A stretch of DNA of 30,443 nt from Catajapyx aquilonaris (lineage: Eukaryota): NCBI GenBank assembly GCA_000934665.2, contig KZ538269.1, forward strand, positions 62,001-92,443, written 5' to 3'. The first letter of the stretch is position 1. Every line of letters begins with the position of its first letter. A program made the position numbers and the translations under genes. This document shows positions 22,930 through 30,443 of the stretch, piece after piece. The notes under the pieces were generated by a model. It was not told where the DNA came from. It searched no databases and saw only the letters and a program-made list of their open reading frames with translations.

Positions 22930-24180
22930 TACACAGTCTTGTAGCCTCTACATGAAACTGGCGAGGCCAGTAGGTGGCAGCAAAATTCATCGGACGCCAT
23001 GTCGGTACAGTTCATGGAAAACGTCTTGTACACAGTACATTTGGATCGAACCATAAACTGGCCTTCAACATCCTTCCACCGAAAGAAGCCTGACCCAAAC
23101 CGCATTTTATTTTTGGGAAGACCTTTTATCTTGAAGAAGGAGGGCTTTTCCTTCCTCAACCCTCCTTCCAGTGTGCTGTGTACCGACCGGTACCTTTTCT
23201 TTTTTTTTCCTTCAAGGGAAGAAGGGTGGCTTGGGTTTGCAGGCCAACAGGTTTGTCCATCCATCCTTGCTGGGGCCCAAGGATTAGAAAAGTGTCTTGG
23301 ACCACCCCCATCTGGAGGAAGGGGCATTATTGCCAAATTTCAGGACTTACTTGGCTCCCGGTCCACATGCAGGGTGACTGATGACAATGGGTTGAAGTAA
23401 GAAGGTGGTCCCTGCACGAAAACCAGGATCGGAACATCTGGCCTCACTCCAGGACGGTACATTGTCGAACCTGACACACTCACATATTGAAAGAAACTGA
23501 CTGTGCATTATTGGGTGGGCTACCTGGTCAAAATGGTCAGTGAAATGCATTATCATAAAAAAAAGTTACCCAAGATAACAATCTTCAAGGGTAACTATCT
23601 GGACCTCCAGTTTTCATGTGCCACGAGTAGACCATATGGATCCAGATCGTCGATATTCCATGCAAGAGACATGTCTTGACAAATAATTCAGACTCGTTAG
23701 TACCGCATCCACCGCGGGTCGAACAAGTTTCCCGGTACAGTACAGTGTATAGAAGCAGAGCACACCTTTCATTCCCGGTAGGCCCACAAATTTCTCAAAA
23801 TGACAGGTGGGGGGATTGGTTCAGGACCCGTAACATTCCGAGAAAGGAGAACCCCGTGGGAGGTCAGAAGAGGTCAGCGGTGCCCTCTCCCCTTCTCATT
23901 GGAGGGTCTGAAGAAAACAGCAGGGGAGTGAGTGTGACGTAGTGTCGGGTGAAGCGGAGACCGCAGGCATTTCCGGAGTTTCACGCGAATAGAGGCGTGG
24001 AAATCGCGCTGACCTTCGCCTTCCCTTTTTACACATATCATTCTACCCCGGTTTTTCATGTCTTGCTTCGCTTGGAGGAGAGGATTTGGACGCTTTCAAA
24101 ATTTTCTGCTCACTCTAACATCCGGCTAAACCATCACGGAATAAACAGCTCCAGGGCACATGTGAAGAACTGACATGCTG
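22930..24180 (-). pseudogene. Degenerate RTE-clade LINE reverse transcriptase
   Basis: Decayed RT motifs occur in the correct order on the minus strand: KNRGR...IRVKL...RPSNEK (NYRGI...RL...LR..EK), FLGMLRV (FID..KAF), ILRN..GLP, NESELFVKTCLLHG (SE.F.V.TGVRQG), HFTDH (FADD), RYRSVHSTLEGG (YLGS...GG), SKCTVYKT...LYRHG (TK..YK...L.YG). Confidence 0.65.
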
Positions 24181-24467
24181 AACGATCAAAGTCATATCTT
24201 TGTCTAGTTGTGTCAAAAGTGTCCTTGAGCTGTACATGCCAAGTTAGAAAATTCAACGGTCAAGAACAATTCAGTTGGAATTCCCTATCATATTAATGTC
24301 ACGCAATGATGCTGATGAAGTCATGAACAACACAAGCAATACCTGATGTGCATATATCCAGCGCACATGGTTTCAAACACTGTCGGACCAGGCATAATGA
24401 TGCAAAAGGCCAAGGTGGACTGTATTTGCACATTCAAAATAACCAGTGTATGTACAACCTGTATCCA

Positions 24468-24473
24468 TTTATT
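24468..24473 (-). promoter_or_regulatory. Candidate polyadenylation signal (AATAAA) for the USP40-like gene
   Basis: First minus-strand AATAAA downstream of the stop codon (~1.06 kb), followed by GT/T-rich sequence. Confidence 0.5.
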
Positions 24474-25529
24474 AGCACATTCAGTATGTTTACAAATAGG
24501 CAGTAATCCTTATAAATGCTTTTTTTTTTGGTGGTCAACTTTCATCTGTATATATTATTTTGGTATTGAACCATATTTTTCAAAGGACCAGTTTTTTTTC
24601 TTTCTTGTAAACCAGAACTACAAAACAGTTCACTGCAACTGACCTCTTCCAAGGCTTCCTATTCGTGCATGTGGGTCGTTCAAAATTCCTGTGGAGACAA
24701 TGGTTTTGGAAAAAAGATCCACTCTAGTTTAAGTTCGTCATAATATGTAGATGTAACCTAAGTATTTGACACTATAAATTACCCTTCAGGTACATAATTT
24801 GTTAAATGTCCATTGCAACCTTGTCCTTGTAATAGCCAAGCAAGTAAACAAAATATCAATAATTGCTTTCTTACTGGTCACATGCTGCAGTGTGAGGTCA
24901 ATATCGTGAGGTCAGTATTTTTTAAATATCTGATTGTGTGTGTGCCAGTGTTCCTGCTCATGTCCCCTGATTGCCTAAGACACATGTCCAAATAATAAAT
25001 CGTTCCAGGGTCCATGAAAAGGACAACCATTGAACTGGTTGAAACAAAAAAAAATTGGAAAGAGGAAAAACACGCAGCTGTTTCTTTTTGACACTAATCG
25101 TAGTTAGACCTCTCGTTTCTTCAAACATAACTGGAAGGCATGGCATATATCCAACAGCTGTGCTTACGTTCAAGTTGAAAAACATATGGTGCAAATCTCA
25201 ATGCACTGTCTTTACAAGTGACCTTTCATGGGGCTTTTTTTTTCTTCCCACACCTGAGATTCAAAAACACTCCGTATATGTTCTGAAAATAACGTTCCCA
25301 TTTTTCTTGCCCGTTCATGATCACCACTTCCCCATCACCCATATACAGTATATAAAACAAAGAGAAAACAGGAACAGAAATGAAACTAGTCTTTGAACAC
25401 ATAACGTCCATTTACACTTTCACACTTCAGTCTTTCAGGTTCCCACCTACACATAAACAACAGAAAATAACAGAATAATAAAATAAAGAGGTAAACGTAA
25501 AAATATCTTGGATGTCTTCAGGATGGGCA

Positions 25530-25644
25530 TCACGAGAAGTCAGCCACCTTGATATGGATCCCCTCCTCTATCTTCTGCCTCCTGGCTCCATTCCTGTCCT
25601 GCTGATCATCACTTTCACCTAAATCCGCATTCTTCTCTCGCCTC
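25530..25644 (-). CDS. USP40: USP40-like, terminal coding exon with stop
   Basis: Acceptor tgtttcccgacAG| matches the phase-2 donor of the previous exon. It encodes RRREKNADLG...ARRQKIEEGIHIKVADFS*, resembling the USP40 C-terminus (E..L.I.V..F). TGA is at 25532-25530. Confidence 0.85.
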
Positions 25645-25960
25645 CTGTCGGGAAACAGGCACCACTCAAAAGTTTGCACGTAAGTAGAACTGAAGTGACA
25701 GAAACAATGAGGCAAACACTGGTTGTGAGGGTCACATTGATTACAAAAATTTCTCCCCACTAAATTCTCCATTGCAAACAATTTATCACAGAGCAGCCAA
25801 ATGCTTTCCAAAGTACTGATCCTTGCCCATGTTGCCAACATGTCATGACGAAACTAATATCTTCCTGTCCACCGAGAGGAAACCACTCCGAGATCAGGGC
25901 TAGGGGCAATTCCAGGCAGTATCTAATAAACGAGGCTTACTCATATGGCACGACCCATAC

Positions 25961-26064
25961 CTTTTCCTTTTCTCATCAGCTGTCTCTTTTAACCTTTTCC
26001 TTCCTTCAATATCATCTGGTGTGCTAAAGTCTTCCATTTCTTCCACGCTCTGATCCAAATTCAT
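25961..26064 (-). CDS. USP40: USP40-like, penultimate coding exon
   Basis: Acceptor ttgcAG|ATG and donor AAAG|GTATGG. The exon is 104 nt, phase 0/2, and encodes MNLDQSVEEMEDFSTPDDIEGRKRLKETADEKRK (USP40-like DFSTxxDxxG motif). Confidence 0.85.
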
Positions 26065-26127
26065 CTGCAATGCAATATGTGATAAGCACAGTCCTACACT
26101 CTTTGCATGGAGAATAATACAACATAC

Positions 26128-26223
26128 CTTGATCCCTATCAGGTCTCCATCTTTCACCAAATATGGGGCGTTTCGAATGTTGGACTTTCCCGTGTGCTTC
26201 TTATGTGGCTTCCCTTCAGGGTT
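26128..26223 (-). CDS. USP40: USP40-like, coding exon (32 codons)
   Basis: Pyrimidine tract ccttccctttctctttcaatAG| and donor AAG|GTATGT. The exon is 96 nt and encodes NPEGKPHKKHTGKSNIRNAPYLVKDGDLIGIK, similar to the USP40 motif APxxLKDGDxIGVK. Confidence 0.9.
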
Positions 26224-26437
26224 CTATTGAAAGAGAAAGGGAAGGAGTCTGTGATTGTGCCACACATTAGTACTTTATGACTTGCACTCACACACAACAG
26301 TAATTAAAACCTCTGCAACAATAAACATCCAAGGCAACTCCTGCACTGCAACCTCTAATGCCATGAATTTAGTAAAACAAAATGAACAGGATTTAAAACA
26401 ACACTGTCACCATTACACCTCCTGAGCTCAACCTCAC

Positions 26438-27121
26438 CTGCGAGTGGTCCCGTATTGGCATCCATTCACATTTACGGGGGAAGTATTTGGCAATGCGGAT
26501 CATGTCAGAGGTCATATCAAGGTGGTCGGCTACACATCGGATCAGACTAGCTGCACTTGGAGGGGAGGAATCCCACACCACTTCTTCAGGCGGGGAGTAA
26601 GTCCCATCTGGCTGCAACGTCTTCACCTGTAGCACCAGCTGCTGGGGACTAAGATCCTCAACATGGTCAAGGAGCTGGAACCCCAAGACAGTTCCTGCAG
26701 AAATCTTCAAGCTTCTGATGGAATTGGTGTGACCTCGAAGGACACGTCCTAGGCGCTTGGGTTGGGATGTCTCACATTCCACATCCTCCACTACCCTCAG
26801 TCGTACCTGTCCAGGAACAAATTCATCGGATCCAAGGAGATCCCTGACCTGAATTAGGACTGCTTGGCGGAAGGCCCCCAACGTGGCTTCCGAGGTCATG
26901 TCAATGGCCCCAAGATCTTTTGGGCCATCGCCTTGACACAGAGAAGTGGCTGACGACACTTCCATTGCACTTTCACTAGACTCCCCTCGAGGAAGATTGG
27001 GGTAGAAGAACAATTGGAATACATAATAATCCTTGGGGAGGAGACTTCCCTTGACCAAAACCAGTTGTTCCCCAGATCGGACACCCAACTTTTCCAGCGT
27101 TGACTGCTTTTCGTCCAGCAC
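26438..27121 (-). CDS. USP40: USP40-like, internal coding exon (228 codons)
   Basis: Acceptor ttattccAG|GTG at 27123-27122 and donor CAG|GTGAGG at 26437. The exon is 684 nt, phase 0/0. VLDEKQSTLEKLGVRSGEQLVLVKGSLLP...IRIAKYFPRKCEWMPI matches my recollection of the USP40 C-terminal region (TLxxLxxxSGxxLxLxxG.L.P; IAKYFPxKxEW.PI). Confidence 0.9.
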
Positions 27122-28318
27122 CTGGAATAATGAGAACAATGTGGTGTCTCACCAGGAAATAAATGAGCAGCAAAACTACTAACATGCCCATGAATACCAA
27201 GAGTAAGCATTTCATGCCACTGGAAAATCTCAGGAGAGAATTGCATGTCTCTTGAGCACTATTAGTGAATCTTAGCAACCCAGCCTAAATGTGAATTGAT
27301 TGAACTTATTCCATGGGTTTTCTTTTCAGCACAACTCTCATCATCTGACATGACACTACACTTTTCTCGATTCCTTTTAGTGAACTTGGCTGGATTACAG
27401 TCTCGTCTTTTCATGCAGTGACATTTTTCAGCACTGAATAAAACTTTTAAAAGTGATAGGCATGATGAGTGAATATTTAAGGGAACTGGCCTTTTCAGGC
27501 TTGAATTTTGACTTGAGTAATTATGAAAGCTAAAGAAAAATTAAGCAAAATGATGACTGAAACAGCCTTCCAGTGTGATTGTTTCAAGTTGAAAAAGTTA
27601 ATTATCACATCAACAAGAAATTGATGATCAAACAATTGACGGTATGGTACCTTGAAAAAGTATCTGGAGAACAGTGTGCAGAGAAATGATTATGCTTCGC
27701 AATGCACCTCTTTCAATAGTGCAATGAAGCCTAGCAGGCAGATATCTTAACCCATCGAAGATTAAAACAAGTAAAAGGAGACTTAATATGGTGATAAGCC
27801 TCGCAGCATGCATTTACAGCCAGTCCCCAACTTACTGTGCGAAGTGGATCGTTCCACAGCATGATTCATAAGTTGAATTTTACGTAACTTGGAACCAGCT
27901 TTTTAAAATTATGCAGTAAACTGTAATGTACCCTATACATCTATACTGGAGTCACTATTGTATTTAACTTTGCAGACAGGAAGTGGCCCAAAAGCTGGAT
28001 GCAAATGTCTGTCACATATAACAAATCTCGGGTGGGAAGGTTGAAGTTGCCACACTCTGCAATTTAATGCATTTTCTTGCAATTGCTGGCATTTCACACT
28101 TCCCATTTGTTAAGTATATTTTTAGGGCATGTCCAGATTTGACAATTATATACCTAAGCCTGAATACTAACACATGTAAGAGCTATGCAAGTCATGGAGT
28201 GTCTGTACATGCAAAAATGTCTATTCTAGGTTCAGAAAGCCATTATTTTAGCTTGTATGAAAGTCTTGCTCTGCTTCACAGGGATAAGAGATGCAGTTAA
28301 AAAAAAAATCAACCTAAA

Positions 28319-28466
28319 GTACTATCGGGTTCAAATACTTTTGGCCACTTTATCCTGGTCTTGAAGCAACCCTTCACACACCCGTACCTCCTTAACATGG
28401 GGCCTGTGTGAAGGGTTGCTTCAAGACCAGGATAAAGTGGCCAAAAGTATTTGAACCCGATAGTAC
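28319..28466. mobile_element. Foldback/MITE-like element: perfect 62-bp inverted repeat with 24-nt spacer
   Basis: 28319-28380 is the exact reverse complement of 28405-28466. The ends read gTA-CTATCGGG...CCCGATAG-TAc, compatible with a TA (or GTAC) target-site duplication. Confidence 0.8.
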
Positions 28467-28511
28467 CTACTCCAGCCCACGGACACTACCCCCTATCTTC
28501 TGGGCTTATCA

Positions 28512-28714
28512 CCTGCCGAGGGATTACGCACCGGGTGGCCACTTGAGATCGCTACGAGACATTTCCCAAGGCTATCATGTGGCGACCCTACCGGACTAAG
28601 GCTGAACTTTATAGGTACAAAAAGGGGGGGCCCATCATGGCCGCCACATGATAGCCTTGGGAAATGTCTCGTAGCGATCTCAAGTGGCCACCCGGTGCGT
28701 AATCCTTCGGCAGG
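28512..28714. mobile_element. Foldback/MITE-like element: 73-bp inverted repeat (1 mismatch) with 57-nt spacer
   Basis: 28512-28584 pairs with 28642-28714; the only difference is GAGGG vs GAAGG. The arms are CpG-rich inside a CpG-poor intron. Confidence 0.8.
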
Positions 28715-29158
28715 GGGTGGGTGGGGAGTGACCTAACCTGAGTCTTCTACAGCCGTGACCTACTCATTGGCATTTGAAGCAGGAATTCTACACATGAAGT
28801 TGGGACATGAGATGCACTAAACAGGTAAGAATGGGAGCCACACAAGACTGATTTAGGCGGTAATTATACGGGGTGACCCATGTGTTGGACATGGCAACAA
28901 GGACTAATAATATGATGGGTTGGAAAAGGAGTGGGAGTGGGACCAAATTTATGCCTTCAAATTGTGGCCCCAACCTACACTGTTTCAGGTCATAAAGTGA
29001 CACCAGCACGCTCAAGGAGCTAAAATACAGCTTTTGGCGTCGCAGGTGCATGGAATCACATTTACATGGGTGTCGGACCTGAGGATGTCATAAAGACCAA
29101 CAGAACCTAATTCTACCCTGAAATTAAGGCATATAATCACTCTTTCACTAGTAGTTAC

Positions 29159-29578
29159 CTGCCCATTTAACTTCTTAGCATGCCACATATCCTCCAGCTC
29201 AGCAACTTTAACCATTTGCTGAACAAGCCTGTCCACAATATCACTTTGGCTTATAATAAGTTCATGCTCCTTAGCACCACCAGAAGAATCCTCAAACACA
29301 GAGAAGGTAAGATAAATGAAGTCTCTTGTGGGAACAGGGTCTCCCTGCTCTATCACTAAGCGAGAGTGGTTGAAGGTCATCTCTTCCACACACAGGTCCT
29401 CTGGTAATGGGGGTTTCAGTCTGTCCTCTGAGGAAAGCAGTCGCAGGCGAAGGCCCTCTGGTGGCAGCCCTAGCTTGCGTGCAACCAGTTCTTTCACCGC
29501 AAAAACAGTAAGGTCTCGTGTCACATCCACCTCAACCAGGCCTCCGTGGCTTTTGCCAGTGCGGTCCTCCACTTTCAT
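29159..29578 (-). CDS. USP40: USP40-like ubiquitin carboxyl-terminal hydrolase, internal coding exon (first one in window; 140 codons, ubiquitin-like repeat region)
   Basis: Acceptor cctAG|ATG at 29580-29579 and donor CAG|GTAACT at 29158. The exon is 420 nt, phase 0/0. Translation MKVEDR...VDVTRDLTVFAVKELVARKLGLPPEGLRLRL...WHAKKLNGQ resembles a Ubl fold and joins in frame to the next exon. Confidence 0.85.
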
Positions 29579-29720
29579 CTAGGCATAACATATATGAAAA
29601 TATGCATTACTTTCACAAAACCTCTCAATGCGCTTGTACCATTATGAGAAAAAGACAAGCATATACAACTTTCTAATGGCCTTATTGCTTATCATTTTTC
29701 AGGGCCTGTCTTACACTCAT

Positions 29721-30011
29721 AATAAAAATAAAAATAAAAACAATAATACAAATAATGGATACCCTGTAATAGGTCTCCGTGGGTCTTTTAGGGGATCATA
29801 TTTTCAGGGACTGACTTTAATCATTTGCCTGTGCTGCAATGGATTTTGATTGTGTGAGGAAACGGGAGAGCCCTGAGAAAACCCACGCGAACACGGACAG
29901 AACCCATCGAAACTCTATCCACATAAGAATCCTCTGTCCGATCCAGGGATTGAACTCTGGACCTCTGATGTGGAAGGTTGTGGCGATAACCACTAGGCCA
30001 CTGTGCCGCCC
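29721..30011 (-). mobile_element. tRNA-derived SINE with V-SINE-like central domain
   Basis: Minus strand starts GGGCGGCACAGTGGCCTAGTGG (A box, 30000-29990) and has a B box GAGTTCAATCCC (29957-29946). Then TCCGTGTTCGCGTGGGTTTTCTCAGGGCTCTCCCGTTTCCTCACAC (within 29903-29852) resembles the HE1/DANA V domain. There is a T-rich (TTA/TTTTTA) tail at 29756-29721. Confidence 0.8.
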
Positions 30012-30443
30012 AGTCTTACATTCATGACATGTAGCAATGCTTGTGCTGTCTGTGAGCCACTGGTGAGCTGCAAACTGATTGAAAATGCAAATGATTCACT
30101 GCAGTTTTACCTAGAAATGGTATCCTACTTCTGAAAATACGAAGTAGTTACAATACAATGGGCTATGCAATCTCAAGCCCCTCCCTGAGTAGGAAGCACT
30201 TGGAAACTTCAGAACTTAAGAAGAATGACTACTCAGTCTTTAGCCTGTTGTGTCCTGCAATTGTTGTTGTTCTGTATACAGTCCTTACTTTAGTCATCCT
30301 TTTGTTTGTTGTAAATGGGTACAGAGCCTTAAAGTGTAGAGGGCCATATCCCCATATATATAAAGCTCAAAATTTGTACATTTATTTATCACGCCTAATT
30401 AAGCCACTTCCCGGGTACGGAGAGCGCTCAAATTTCTCACAGC

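Noticed and set aside
386..24173. Numerous 60-154 aa ORFs in the left 24 kb as host genes or a novel operon-like system
   Set aside because: They have no recognisable host protein similarity or coherent splice pattern, and are explained by chance and TE remnants. No CRISPR array, tRNA or rRNA gene was seen.
25935..25941. Alternative donor A|GTAAGC in the penultimate USP40 exon
   Set aside because: It gives phase 1, which frameshifts the last exon and loses the conserved C-terminus.
30111..30130. Possible 20-nt USP40 micro-exon (ttttcAG|...|GTAAAA, minus strand)
   Set aside because: It would place TAG in frame just before the phase-0 next exon, and nothing else supports it.
30330..30443. Possible 3' end of another SINE/LINE at the window edge
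   Set aside because: Truncated by the window, with no diagnostic motif visible.

Overview
Eukaryotic (animal, probably non-vertebrate) genomic DNA. The right end (25.5-29.6 kb, minus strand) holds the last five coding exons of a USP40-like deubiquitinase gene. Splice sites are canonical GT-AG, exon phases are consistent, and there is a likely ~1 kb 3' UTR; the 5' part of the gene lies beyond the window. Its introns carry two back-to-back near-perfect foldback elements and a tRNA-derived V-SINE-like element. The left ~24 kb has no recognisable host gene. It alternates between 'clean' CpG-rich, homeodomain-site-rich non-coding blocks and 'noisy' blocks full of mononucleotide runs. By eye, most noisy blocks resolve into heavily substituted but largely colinear transposon fossils: RTE and CR1/L2 LINE endonuclease and RT segments, an Academ-like XPG segment and a possible Gypsy integrase. 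The most unusual signals are this homopolymer-biased, substitution-heavy decay of intergenic TE fossils and an excess of YY1/Pho-type AARATGGC motifs in and around them. These could reflect a real mutational or genome-defence process, or an assembly artefact. All TE calls come from manual motif matching and their boundaries are approximate.
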